A stretch of 64,000 nucleotides of DNA from Raillietiella orientalis (Eukaryota): NCBI GenBank assembly GCA_036172245.1, contig JAYWIR010000008.1, positions 4,960,001 to 5,024,000 of the forward strand. Direction: 5' to 3'. Positions within the stretch are counted from its first letter, which is position 1; every line of letters begins with the position of its first letter. The notes beneath the pieces were generated by a model, which was not told the origin of the DNA, did no database searches, and was given only the letters and a program-made list of their open reading frames with translations. A program made the translations under genes and the position numbers. This document shows positions 10,840-23,559 of the stretch, one piece after another.

Positions 10840-12376
10840 TCCCCCAACGGTACACCGAGGTACTTAAAGTATCGCACCGGGGGATACCCTTCGCCCCTTG
10901 CTTTTTGTTTGCCCACCGCTATACAGCATTAGGAAGAGGACAAAGAACCTCCTCCGGATCGCCCTCTGGGGCAAAGGGAGTCCCCGAGTCCGCCTAAAGG
11001 AATTGTGTGTTCCGCTCCGGGACGGCAGCCCAAGGTTCCTCCTGACACTGGAGCGAATGGAGCTGCAGACCCAGTTTCGAACACTCACCCTCGTGGCAAA
11101 GCTCTGGAGCACCACCTGGTGCCAACTTGCACGCCTTCTAGTCCAGCAAGCCACCGGCAGAGTGGAACTCGCGTCTTTTCTTGAGTACCGTCCACGCAGT
11201 CTCATCCATGGAAGGCTGCACCTGAGGCAGGTGATCACGCTGGCGAGGAAAAGCGGATGGATCTCGTGCCGGTCCGCGAACGGTAGTGCCTGGTTGCAGG
11301 TGGGCGAGGATCCAGGAGTCAAGCGCGGAACAGGGGCGACGTTTCCTGTAGGCGCGTAACAACAGCTGCACGCTCCGGGAGATCCTGGAATATCCCGCGG
11401 AGAGTGCATGGGGAAACAGAACCCCCCTCGCCGCTGCGTTGCCCTCCCTTAGGGAGCATATGGGCAGCAGCCTTACAGCTAGATGGGAGGTTACTGTAGA
11501 AATCTCTGGAAGGAGAAGAGGACTGGGAGAGTGGACGACGGGCCAGCTCACCGTCGCTGCGATCCCGAGTGCTCGTCCTCGTGGACTTTTGCGCTGGAGC
11601 ATGCTACTGGGAATTCCGGCGGAAGTCTTGCAGTGGACCCCGGTGCTCATGAACACCCGCACCCTCCCTTCAAAGTGGCAGTAGTCGGCATTGATGCTGC
11701 TTCATTGGAGCCTCTCGTGCAACGCCCGTCGGCACCTGCAGACACGGGTGTATGTGAACCCAAAGTGTGCAAGGTGAGGGGGCGGGAGTCCTTCCCGCAC
11801 CTCCTGGTAGACTGTGTTGCCCTCCGGCCCCTTTGGGGACACTCGGTCACGGTCCTTGGAACCCCCGGAGGCAACGCCAGAAACGTTTGAAAGCGCATCT
11901 TCCTGCGCGACGCCCTCTCGCCGGCTGCATCCCTAGCAGCACTCTGCTACCCACGTGGCGGGACCGTGGCGGCTGCATGGAGCAGCAACGCCAGAGGAGG
12001 CCAGGACGACAGGGACCTCATCTATTCTTCTGTCCTCTTCATGAGGACAGTGCCAAGATGGCCCCATCTGGGAGTCTTAAAACAGAAACTTGCCGGCCTC
12101 CTTACAAGGATGCAGCGGGAAACCTCCGACACACAGTGATCCCTTCCCGAAACCCCCCACCCCTCCCTTCATCTTTTTTGACAGCAGTTTTTTTGGTTTA
12201 TTTTCCTCTTTCTGTTTGTCTCCCTTTCCCCTGTGCTGCCGAGGCGAACCCTGCTGACCTGGGTGCCAGATCCCGGCAGGTTCCTTCTTGTAGTTATGAG
12301 TAACGTGGTGGGATCAAACGTCCTGCCACAGACGTTTATTTTTTATAGATAAAGGTCCAGGAGTGACCGGGTGTCA
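10840..12376 (+). mobile_element. 5'-truncated LINE family A (post-RT to 3' end)
   Basis: LWGKGSPRVRLKELCVPLRDG, LPSKWQ, PKC..RESFPHLLVDCVALRPLW and the 3' UTR ending GTGACCGGGTGTCA. Confidence 0.88.
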
Positions 12377-12560
12377 ACCAGTACCCCCACTCGAATAGAC
12401 CAACCAGTGTCATCCTGCGGGAGGGGGACTCGAAACCCACGATGCACCGCCCATTCTCTGGCGTCTGTCCTTCCCCGGGTGGAATTAAGAAACCACGCGT
12501 GGAAGCTGCAGCCACACGCCCGCGTTGGTGGTCTCCAAACCGACAGCAAAATGCTGTCCT
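12377..12560 (-). mobile_element. tRNA-related head of the SINE-like element (right flank of the LINE insertion)
   Basis: Reverse complement of about 25390-25515 (CCAGTGTCATCCTGCGGG..GGGGACTCGAA..); degenerate B boxes. Confidence 0.75.
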
Positions 12561-13439
12561 TTGCTCCAACAGGGGTTCCCGCGTAACAAGAAATTCGAAG
12601 TGCCACCCGACTGCAAATGCAGCAGCGCCCCGGCGCACAATTAGAATGCGATGCGTGCCACGTGTGAATCCTTCCGGGCCGCTGTGCAAACAGAAAGCGC
12701 CGCTGCTGGTCTCGGCCCGTAAATAACCAGATAGTTCCCAAAGATATTTGTTATCACTGTGTTTCTTTCTTTCCTTTATTTATTTATTTTTTTTTCTTTG
12801 GGGGGGGGGGGGGGAGAGAGCTCGTCTGTGAGAAGGCGCAAACAAAAGAATGGCCGTGGTAAACACGAATCCACTCGTGTACAAATATATCTGTAGATAT
12901 GTATTTTGTAAACGGCTTGCCTGCGTTCGAGTGCGTGCATGTATAGTTTATTATTACGATTATTATTATTACACGTTGTTTCCAATAAAGAGGAACGCCA
13001 CCGTCTGTAACGAACGTGGTACTGATTAGATAGGGGATTGTAATCAGTTTTATCAGTACAATCCTCAAAGTGTACTCTGCTGAAAATTCAGCGCGATCAT
13101 ATGCAAGGAGCCTTGGAATTTGGAGTCGCCTCTACGAAAGGATAATCCCCAGCTTCCCGAAAATGCTACCATGATCGGGTTGGCTCCGACAGAGGAGCGG
13201 CCCTTGCTCTACGGGACGAGGTGTCCTGGTTGTCCGCTCTGGGCAGCCTTTCTGACCTCAAGAGGCCGCGGGCCCTGCTCCCCGCTGCTCCATCCTTAGG
13301 CAGGGAAGATTTCCTCCGAATCCTATTGCTCCCGTCTTTCCCCGCGACCGAAACTGGGGGCGAGCCTTCCCCTTGCAAGGGAGGGGTGTGTGGAGTAAAC
13401 CTTGAAGCAGTTACGGTTCGGTTGCTACCTTCTCAGCAT

Positions 13440-13800
13440 TTCTTCATTCTTGGTCCCCAGCTTCCAGGAACTCGCTGAAAAGGAAGGAGTGTGCTTGTAG
13501 GTCGTGTCTTCCAAACGCCACACCCTGAGGCGTGTGTGGAGCCTTTTTTCTGATGTGGGAGGCGAGCTGCTTCGGTTTTTTGAAACCGAACTTGGAATCT
13601 TGACGTCTCCTTGCTTCACGCAGTGCTTGTCCAATGGTGGCCTTCTGAGCGCTTAGAACGAATGTATTGTCATCTGAAAATACCGAGTACCAGATGGCCA
13701 AGAGGATCAGAAAAACGAGGTGGCAGAAACCACGAGGCGGCAGTTCCGCAAGCTCTTCTATTTTCAGCAGCCTGCAGGGAACGTCAAAAGAGATCCGCCC
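13440..13800 (-). mobile_element. Possible LINE ORF2 C-terminal relic
   Basis: AIWYSVF..QALREARRRQ..FG..LASHIRK(R)LHTRLRVW resembles the L1 C-terminal W.AR...F pattern. Confidence 0.3.
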
Positions 13801-13835
13801 CAGCGCGATTTGGATTCAAGTCGCCGTGGTGTTGA

Positions 13836-14175
13836 TTTTTTTTTTTTTTCTAAAAAAAAGGTCAGTAGCGACCCCACGGGGAGATCGTAACCATTGACCT
13901 AAAATTGATGGACTTCCCTTGGAGTTCTTCTGCTCTCCCTGCTTTCCTTCCAGCTTTTTTCTTTTTTTTCGGTTCTCGAGGGGTGCTGGAGAACCGATGG
14001 TCACCTTGCGGGGAGCTCGCGAAGCTCTTTAGCACCGTCCGCGCCATTCGAAGGTGAGTGTAGTAACTCTTCAAATTAGGGGACAACCCCGGAAGGACCA
14101 CCCTATGAATCCAGGAAGGGCTCCGGAGGAAGGAGTCCGTTCACACTTGGCAGCGGACTCCGAAGGGAACTTTGA
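13836..14175 (-). mobile_element. 3' part of the SINE-like element with terminal hairpin and poly(A)
   Basis: 14010-14170 is homologous to 24000-24150 and 27030-27180; ends in a hairpin, T8 and about A14. Confidence 0.7.
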
Positions 14176-15049
14176 CTTTGAACATGACTTTTCTGTCATC
14201 ATGGCATTCGGGATACAACAGAGGACTGGCATGCACAATCTGGTAGGTTTTTAGTTGCAGTGATGCGCGGCTGCGGAGTAATTTGAATGTTCAGGGCGTA
14301 TCCCTCAAGAAATCTCTTCACAACGGATGCGGGGAGCGGAACGCGATTTCTCTTCAAGATTCTCCGCAGACGTCTCCGGAACGGCCGCAGCGCTGATGAG
14401 ATTCCTCACACAAAGCACGCGTGAGGGAGGCTTTCGGTCGTGATAGAATCCGGCGAATGATCTCAAAGGAACCTCTCGGAGTCATCTGAGGAGCGAAGAT
14501 ATGCGACGAGGCCGGCTCAAAGCTTCGCTTTGTGGCTTTTGCCTCGGCAAGCCTCTCTGTTCCGCTTCCCCCCATTTTTCCGCCTGACCCCGAGCATCCT
14601 TGCGATTGCAAAGCCCCATTTCGAGAGAACATGGCAGGAGGACGGGAGGGGCCAGGGGCAGGTTGCAGTACGGGGCGCGGAAGTGGGAGCGATCTGCACA
14701 GCACGAAGTCACGCAACCGTCAGCAGCGAGGGGAGGGCTCTCTCCTCCTCGCACCGGACGGGAACGTCAGCGCTGTCGCCATTTCTCTGGGAGCTCGCAA
14801 CAGACCCTCGGCTCCCGCGAGCAGCTTCGGGTTTTCAATTAAACGGGAGCAGGGTGGCGCGGGACAACTTTGTAAAAGATCCCAGGCATCCGGTTAAATT
14901 TCGCCGTTCAGCTCGCTCGCTCGGGGAAGCTGTCAGCAGCATCCTCGGGAAACACTTTACAACGCAAAGTTATTCATTCTTTCTTCTTCTTAACACCAGT
15001 TGTGCATCCTGTCTTTTTTTTTTTTTCTTGTTTCTTCTTTGGCTGTCCT

Positions 15050-16200
15050 TGTTATTGCTATTAACTTTGTTTCAATAGAATTTTCTCGTGCGACCCCCGC
15101 TTCCAGCATCAATAAAAGTGTTGACTTCCGGCTGATCCATGAAAAGTTCATCTCTGGAAAGTTCTCGCACTCCTCATGTGAGCGAGCACGAAATCGAGCA
15201 GCGAGAGTTTTCCAGAAGATTGATGTGAGGAGTTTCGATGCTGAGGAACACGGCAGTTTCACCAGCTGATTTTGTCTTGGTTCCATAAATTGACCTCTCT
15301 CCCAACCAGTACGATCCTTTTTTGGACTAGCCATGGTTGAAATTTGCTGATCTGGAGCCGAACGGAAGATTGCATCCCTGCGTCTGTTCTGCTGGAAAAG
15401 GGTGAATGTGGTCTACAAGAACTTTCCTCAAACGTCGTATCGCGTCTTCCTTCGTTTCCACATTTTGTATGCAAACTGCGTATACAAAGTGTACACTGTG
15501 GATATAGAGTGTGCACTGTTTCGAAGTGTACGTAAAAGCTGATATATTTAAGGCCGCACAACGAACAGATACCTGCTTGTGCAATCAACATTGAAAAAGC
15601 TTCCTGATGGCGCCCGTTACGCACACTGTGACCGCCACTTGTCCGCATCCAGACCAGGATGCAGAGGACCACTCACGGCGAACTGTGATCCCTGCATTCA
15701 GGCAGAACCACGTGTTCCGCCTGAAGACTTCATTATAAAATTTTGTTTTCTTAAAATTTCAATAAGTGCCCCCGGTTGAAAAACGTGCTTGTGGAGTAGG
15801 CGTGATACTTTCACAATAGTAGCAGAATTATTGATCATGTCAGCACTTGGCATCCCTGTAACGGAAAAACCACGTGAACGCGCAATTGCGCGAACCCCAG
15901 CACGAGTGCGCGTACGCAAAATTCGGGTTCTGAATTTGGAATTGAATGGAAAAAAGGCAGAGCGAGAATTTTCTGCAGCTGCTTCCTGCCGAAGAAACCA
16001 GCCGGTGTCAGCTGGCAGCAGAAGACCAAGCTCCCGTCTCAACGCCACATCCGGAGGAGCTGCGCTGATCCTTTCGATAAAACAGGCATCGCGAAGCGTT
16101 TCCCAAGGGATGTTGGGATTCTCTGAAGCTGAAGCGGAGGGGTCGCGCAGCTACCTCCGAAGTCCGACCACCGAAGAACGGACAACCTCCGTTCTCCACC
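15050..16200 (-). mobile_element. hAT transposase relic (N-terminal region and DUF659)
   Basis: NIPWETLRDACFIERI (~IPF..++S..F), KRIVLVGRE..SAGE, PHI/IFWKTLAA..LDFVLAHM (~PHIFWTPCAAH.LDL) and PEVNTFIDAG. Confidence 0.5.
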
Positions 16201-18360
16201 AGTGTTTTCGTAGGAGGGGAAGCCAAAGAGCTCTTTGGCTTCCCCTCCTAGGAAAACATGAGTGCTGAATTTCGTGCGTACACTGCGCAGCACGTTGCAC
16301 CTCACAGAAAAACGGGTGGCAACAGTGAAGGGGAAGAACTGCAAGAACTGTTCTTCCTGTAGAAAAGAATCCACTGGCTTCTCAGCCTTTCGCTTTCTGC
16401 TTCTGGAACCCAGTTTTCTCCGGGATGGTCTGATCGAGAATCAGCACCCCACTCTGGGAACGTGTCCCGCTTCCCGTACCGGAATTCCTTTTACGGGACG
16501 GTTATGCCGATCGGATGTAACCATGGGAACACCTTACGGATCTCTGGTTCCTGTAAACAGCACCTGCTGTTCCGTGCGAGGACCGCGATGATTTTCTTGT
16601 CCTTTCCTCTGTCTCACGGGTTGCATCCTCACAGGAGATGACGCGGAGGAGGTGACTGCCGGTTTGGGAAATTGAACCTGGAAAACTCGAAACTGGAAAT
16701 TTCTTTCGAAACTCTTTCACCGATTCTTCGCATCCCGCGCAGCTGCCTCCCTCAGCCTTTCGGGACTCCTCTCCAGTCTCGTCTCGTCTCCAGAATCCCA
16801 CATGAATTTTCAGATCAACTGTTCGTGTCATGTTTACTGGTTGCTCTTACGATGCAAATCAAGGGTCGCTCTCGGAGTCATCCTCGGAACTCCCTCGGAA
16901 GTCACTTTGCATTCGAGCCGTGTCGTGCTGCTGAGCTGTAACCAGCTCCCATCGAGGTCCATCGAGCCAGCTCCCTGCCCGTCCGTATCCCGCACATTCC
17001 CATATATTTCTCCCTGAAATCCTCCTTCTCCCCAAAGCGCGGCCTCTCTCTCCGGCTTCTTCTTCTGATCCCTTAAATGGGGGGTGTGCGAGCCACGAAT
17101 TTGTCTTTTCCTTCGCGTTCGTCGTGGGATTTCGGCTCCGCGTTTATCGGCGCCGTAAGCGGAGCCGCGGTTCTTCCGCGGCGAGGAAGTTCCTGCAGCC
17201 GCGGTGGCTTCCTCGCGTCGCGGCTCGAACACATGAATTTTTCATCGCGCATACCTGCCCACGCCTTTCCCTTCCCATTCGGATCCTCACGTATGAAAGT
17301 GGATACCCGTACTTTGATCAGCATCTTGCCGAATCCCGCAGCACTTGTCGGGAGTGACTTCTTTCCTTGATACATTCCACGAGAGGGGCGTTCCCCATTT
17401 TTTAATGTTTCATCTCGCCTTTTTTTTTTCTTTCTCTCGTTTAAAAATACTTGGGACCGTTTCATTCCAAGAAGCCATCCTGAATCTTCCTCGGGACAAG
17501 AAGGTGCATAAAGACAAAGTGATTGATTCATTCCAGCGGAAGACGCAGATTTCCTTAGACTGCAATCCACTCGCAGGTATTATTAGCCATCCACTGTGGC
17601 TCTTCGGAGATGAAGCTCTTCCCTCCGAGTCGTAGCTGTGCTTCGGGAAAACCGTGACAAAAACTAATTACTTTCCTTCCTCATTAGGACATCCGTATTC
17701 GAAATCAGCGCAATGAGCACCACAGTTCTTTGGAACGAAGCGGTTCCTGACCGGTGAGACCGGAAAATTCCTGAGAGCCAGGAACGAGGAAAGGGAACGC
17801 GCGCGGATCCTTCCAGGATAGCAATCCCAGCTTGCCCAGTCGCGCCCTGCCGCCCCAGGTTGCCATGATAACGATAGGGGCTTGCTACCGGGGAGAGAGG
17901 GAGGATGCTGCCCGGACGCCCTGTGTCTCGACTCTTTCGCGCACTCCCGCACGTGTATCCATACAGACGTGCGTACATGAGTGCTCGTGTTGAAGTCTGC
18001 AGGTCCACAGGAGCACTCCAGGAGGGTGATTCCTACTTCGCTGTCACAATTCTCTGAGGGAGGGACCAATCTGGCTGCTTAAGTCATCGCTGAGAAACGA
18101 TCGTTAAGATGAACTTTTCATGGACCCTTCGGGTAGTCGTGAGGCTGAGCTGATGGCTATACGCATGAAGCGAGCCACTCTACCAACAGGAGAACTGGAA
18201 AAGACACGCGAAGAGAGCGATCGGTCGCTGCGCAAGAGGAGACACTCCAAGCTCCCAGGAGGCAACGGAAACAACGCCCACGCTTGCTCCTCCTCCATCA
18301 GGCGGAACGGGCTTCCACCCATGTGTGGATTGAAATCACCACTGTCTCACAGCGGGAACG

Positions 18361-18956
18361 TTCCTTGGACCCTCTTCACGCTGCGGTATGGCGGCATTCT
18401 TCCTTTCGGGGGACTGCCCAGAGCACCAGCAAGATGACGGGCTGTTGGTACCGAAGAAGAAGAACGGAGGCGTCGACCACGCTACCTCGAAGTTCCAGCG
18501 AGCGAATCCACAGAGACGCCACTCCGACCACTGCGACCGCGAGGTCTTCGTGTGAACAGAAGGGATCAGCGGCGGCACAACCGCAAGAGGTTCGAAGGAA
18601 CGGAAGAAGCTCTTGCAGCGTGGAGGCTCCGCGAGGGGGACACGGGTGCTGGGCAGCCGCCGGTATCGCGGGAGCGGCAGTCGCTCCCGGAACCGCCAAA
18701 CGGACAAAACACGTGTTCCGGCAGGCGACGCGAGCGATTCGCCCGCCTGCTCCTTTCCCAGCGAACGGAGTCGGCTTCCGCCAACGCGCAGGAGGCAAAT
18801 CACCGCGCGATTCGGAAGCAGAGACGACCACCTCCCTCCTCGGGGAAAGAAATTCGAACGAGAAGCTGCGCGCAGATTCCGGTGACCCCGGATGCCATTT
18901 GAAGCGAGCAGCGATGCGTCCCCGCGCACAATGAGGACCGGAGCGGCGGAAACCAG
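18361..18956. repeat. Direct repeat copy 2 (partner 228-823)
   Basis: Near-identical from about 18443 to 18956; more diverged over 18361-18440. Confidence 0.97.
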
Positions 18957-19032
18957 CAACTCTCCAAGGAATAAAGAAAAGTTGGCGAAACCTGCGTGGG
19001 AAGGAACTCCTGAATTGGACTTTGCAAACGAT

Positions 19033-19863
19033 GACTTTCCAGGTACACAGCGGCAACGCGAACACCGCGAACCACTGAAACACCAACAGCCCTTCTCCTT
19101 CCGGTCTCGCTACCTTCCGCCGCAGAGCCAGGGTGAAGTGGACCCATGTTGAGCAGATCGCCCTCAACCGGGTGGGTTGCGGCGGGGTCTCTGCGAAGGA
19201 TGGAGCGCTCGGTTTCAAAGTACCCGGTGGTCATCCGCCTCGGGAGTGTGTCCCCAGTCCACCCGCGGGGAGGGGCGGGGGAGGCAACAAGGCGTCTTTC
19301 CACCGCGCTGTGCACCGTGGAAGTACCACCGAGTTCCGGTGGTTACTCTGCGCGAGGAAACGCAGACCGCTCTCGGGTCCGAGCGGGGTTTCCGATGCAC
19401 GCGACGGCTGGGAGAGAACAGCACTTGGCGGGGTGGACAGTTGAGGAGAGAGTCAACTGCTCCCCACAAGGATGTCTGTAATGCCATATGAAAGGAGGCT
19501 CCCGAGGCGGGTGGTCCATCCCACCACCGAGTCCGGGAGGAGGAAAGGACGAACTTCCTCTCGCATGCAAAGCACCCACATGAAAACCAAAGCTCCACAC
19601 CCGGTCGGGGGACGAAGAAGCCCAAGGGGGCACTCGTTTTCGAAGCGGTGACTCCGCACTGGATAAAGAGTAGTCGAATGTTTTTCTTCATCCAGCAGCT
19701 GCAGCACCTTCCCTACGACAGCGCAGTCGGGGAAAGCAGCGATAGAGGACACGCCGAAGAGCCGTCACCTCGTTGCGGAACTGCAGTGCAATCGACGGCG
19801 GCGCCAGAAGACGCCCGCATCCTCAGGTGCCATGCAACAGCGGCAACGGAGAACTCCGTGTTT
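19033..19863. repeat. Inverted repeat, left arm (831 bp)
   Basis: Reverse complement of 21686-22516; paired coordinates sum to 41549 throughout; mirrored ORFs are identical. Confidence 0.98.
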
Positions 19864-21099
19864 TGTGAAGACTCAGAGGGCTTCGCTTGCCCTTCGGCCA
19901 CCTGGTCGTCGAGTAGGCTGCAGGAGGTGTTTCGTACTTTGGGATTCGGGGAAAGCGGCGTCGAGGGGAAGAGAGCCGAACTTCCGTAGCAGCAGTCGCG
20001 TCTACGCAGGGAAGCGAACGGGAAGGGCTGGGCGACGGCGCTCGTTCCCGGATTTTCACAGGGAGGAGGGAACTTCCTTTTCGTTGCCCTCGGCGGACTT
20101 GCCGGCAACGAAGGCCGGCGGTCGGCCTAGCAGAGGCAGCAGGTCTCGGAAGGAGCGCTCCCGCATCTCGGCGCTGCTCCGGGCGGCTCTGACTGAAGGC
20201 TGAAAAGAGTTGCTGCTTCCCTTTCTTGCTCTTCTACCCTGCGTCCCGGCGCATTCTCTACTGCGGCCCGTCTCAATAAAGAAAAAAAAAAAACTCCAGG
20301 ATCCCAAGAGGGTCCAATCAAAAAAGAAAAGAAGAAAAAAAAAAAAAGAAGAAGCGAAACACGAACGGGAACCACCGCCGTTTCGCACTCCCCCCTTTTT
20401 TCCCCCACCCTCTCTTTGGCAGAGCCAGGGTTCGGATCACGGAAGGGACCCTCCGCGTGTTGCGCGCGAGCGGCACCCGAGCCATCCTCCCCCGCGTGTT
20501 TCAGCTCCCTGTTTTACGAGGAGTCAGGTGGCGTCTGGATGCACTCCCCAGGGGGCGTTAATTATCATGCCATCTGAGAGCTGACGAACGGTGCCCCCGC
20601 GCCGAGAGCCGCACGGTACTTTTGCTGATTCCTCTGATAAAGAAAGTCTTTGCGTGTTGCAGCGTATTCATGCGCGGGATTTGTGGTGGGTAAAGAAAAA
20701 AGAGAGATGCAAAAAACAAAAAAAAAAGATGGCGCGCGTAGCGACGATTCCCACACATTGGAGAATTTCCGGCCGTCGCATCTTCCCATTATTTTTCTTT
20801 CCGAGCCCAGCAACGCTGCTCCCATCCCCTCTGAGTTCCACGCAGGGGCCTACGATGAGCCGGTCGATCCTTCCAGGGCGCTGTTAAGAGAGCGTTTCGC
20901 AAAGGGAGCCATTTTGGGAGACCATCAGATAAGCGGATGGATGAATCGTTTACCCTCGGTGCTTCAACGCGAATTCGTCTGCTTCGTAGGACACTCCTCC
21001 GCTTTCACTTGCACTTTTCCTCCGCGACAAAAAGAGAAGAGGAGAGAGAGAGACTCTCGGGCTGCAGTGTTTGCGGAATGAGGGTCGTTTCCCGTCCAC

Positions 21100-21685
21100 A
21101 ACACCACCATCAAGCAGCAGCCTTCCTTCGAACGGGGATGCTTCAGTAGCAGATGAGTGATCCCATCCAGGAGGGTCGGCTGCACAGAATGGAGTGGAAA
21201 GAGTAACTGCGACCAAGAATACAGGGAAGTTAATTGCCTAAGGGAGGGAATCGTCACGGCCACCCAATCCGGATTTCCAATTTGCTTCCACGGAGATGTT
21301 GCAAAGAGGGTGGTCACTGGGATGCGCCGTCCTCGCAGCTCATTTGCAGCGCGTGAGCACTCTTCGTTTGCGGTCTTCGCCGGAGCATTCTGTATACGAA
21401 GCCGTCTTCCGCTTCGCATCCCACGTGTACACGGAGATCGAATCGTACCGCACGTATTGCTCACTGGAGATAAGGGAACGAACTGTGGATGTTCCCGGCC
21501 ACCTGTGACTGTTCGAGCACTGTTCGAGTCAAACAAACAGGTTGCAAGGAATCCACAAGTTTCCTTGTGTTTGTCTGGGGGCTATTGCATCTCACCCAAG
21601 GAGGTCATCCTTCCTCCATGGCAGCACAACTCGGTTAGAGGACACACTCCTACAACTGTTAGCTTCTCTCTCCTCCCTGTCCCGG
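21100..21685 (-). mobile_element. hAT transposase relic (DUF659 end to central region)
   Basis: EKLTVVGVC, NLWIPC, RIPVTTLFATS (~RP..TRFAT) and LRQLTSLYSW, in order. Confidence 0.5.
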
Positions 21686-22516
21686 AAACACGGAGTTCTT
21701 CGTTGCCACTGTTGCATGGCACCTGAGGATGCGGGCGTCTTCTGGCGCCGCCGTCGAGTGCACTGCAGTTCCGCAACGAGGTGACGGCTCTTCGGCGTGT
21801 CCTCTATCGCTGCCTTCCCCGACTGCGCTGTCGTAAGGAAGGTGCTGCAGCTGCTGGATGAAGAAAAACATTCGACTACTCTTTATCCAGTGCAGAGTCA
21901 CCGCTTCGAAAACGAGTGCCCCCTTGGGCTTCTTCGCCCCCCGACCGGGTGTGGAGCTTTGGTTTCCATGTGGGTGCTTTGAATGCGAGAGGAAGTTCGT
22001 CCTTTCCTCCTCCCGGACTCGGTGGTGGGATGGACCACCCGCCTCGGGAGCCTCCTTTCATATGGCATTACAGACATCCTTGTGGGGAGCAGTTGACTCT
22101 CTCCTCAACTGTCCACCCCGCCAAGTGCTGTTCTCTCCCAGCCGTCGCGTGCATCGGAAACCCCGCTCGGACCCGAGAGCGGTCTGCGTTTCCTCGCGCA
22201 GAGTAACCACCGGAACTCGGTGGTACTTCCACGGTGCACAGCGCGGTGGAAAGACGCCTTGTTGCCTCCCCCGCCCCTCCCCGCGGGTGGACTGGGGACA
22301 CACTCCCGAGGCGGATGACCACCGGGTACTTTGAAACCGAGCGCTCCATCCTTCGCAGAGACCCCGCCGCAACCCACCCGGTTGAGGGCGATCTGCTCAA
22401 CATGGGTCCACTTCACCCTGGCTCTGCGGCGGAAGGTAGCGAGACCGGAAGGAGAAGGGCTGTTGGTGTTTCAGTGGTTCGCGGTGTTCGCGTTGCCGCT
22501 GTGTACCTGGAAAGTC
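21686..22516. repeat. Inverted repeat, right arm (831 bp)
   Basis: See the left arm; lies between two minus-strand hAT relics. Confidence 0.98.
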
Positions 22517-22559
22517 TTTGGTGTTCTCAGCATCGGAGACCGTAAGGTCCAGGTAGCCT

Positions 22560-22800
22560 TCCTTTCTTGCGCTGCTAGGCAGCCCAAGTGAATCGTTTCG
22601 TTTCTCAGTTGGTTCGAAAACATTTTTGAGCAATCGAGAGTCGCACTCGAGAGAGTTTCCGGTTTCCCGAGCAACTTCGCGGTCTCTGAGTGGAGGTGGT
22701 GGAGCGATCCTCCGAGTGCTTTCGTTTTTGCAGCATTGCCGAATGTCCTCGAGGACTCATGTGGCGGATGACCTTCGGAATTAAAACGTCTCAAAGAACG
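22560..22800 (-). mobile_element. hAT C-terminal dimerisation-domain relic
   Basis: RTFGNAA..HSETAKL..TLSS..NVFEPTEKRNDSLG resembles G.FG..A/P.L..LS/F....KRNRL. Confidence 0.3.
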
Positions 22801-23559
22801 ACTTTTAATAGCTGCCTCAGTTAACAGCTGCCGGATGATCTCTAGCCCCACAGTTTCTCACAGTCCCTCGGAAATCTCTTAGCATCGAGATCGTCCTTGG
22901 TCCTTTGGTCCGCCATTGCAGTCTTTTGCTCCTCTTCTATTCTGGCGGAGGCTCCTTCCTATTCGATCACGGGATGCTGTAGTATAATGACATGTGGGGA
23001 TCAGAAGTAGTCAGGAACGAAGGAATGGAAATTGCTCATCAAGACTGATGGGACGTTTCCTTGGTGACTATGCTATGCACGTGTTTAGATGGTTCGGTTG
23101 ACAAGAAGGATGGTGCAAAGGTGAAACAGAGATGTTTCCAAGCGCCAAAGCAGAGTCATTTTTTGACCACAACGTATGCTCTGACCAGGGATGATGCCTG
23201 AAGCAATCCATCTATTCTGCCTCGCGTCGCATTTCGGTTCCTTCGACCCGCGAGCAAGGACTTACCGGTGCGTAAGACATGCCTGTTCGAGTTGCGTCGA
23301 GGAACTAACGGACGGACTTTTCCCGTAAGAAGCAACTTATCTCCCTCGTCTCGATCCCCTTGAAAGGCAGAGCCACCTTGCGGAGTAGTTCCACGGGCAG
23401 AAAAGGTGGTCCTGAGTGCTTTTGCGGAAGAGCGACGCGAGGACGTTTTGGCTGTTTCGTCTGCAAGGATTCTCAAGAGCCACGCCTAGGACGATGCGCG
23501 AGAGGGGAAAAAAAAAAATGTTTCAAAACGCGACTCTCGAAGGAGGGAGAAAAGACACG

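Larger units (their letters stand above)
18120..20293 (+). mobile_element. Decayed L1-like element, post-RT to poly(A) tail
   Basis: ENWK.., LLVPKKKNGG, a degenerate knuckle PRCGT..ED..LRC, and AATAAA (20275-20280) directly followed by about 12 A. Confidence 0.55.

Noticed and set aside
12230..12290. Known self-cleaving ribozyme in the LINE 3' UTR
   Set aside because: No CTGANGA/GAAA hammerhead core and no HDV or twister consensus fit; kept as an unclassified structure.
15490..15575. C2H2-like CSLC..H..H in ORF 15259..15672
   Set aside because: The spacing is non-canonical and it lies in a hAT relic region; probably chance.
17440..18050. KYLG (+) and AGIAIL (-) as RT and EN relics
   Set aside because: Single short motifs without supporting neighbours; too weak to annotate.
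19033..22516. Long-TIR transposon (MULE/foldback/Polinton)
   Set aside because: No TSD; the arms are internal LINE sequence and the left arm is continuous with its LINE flanks.
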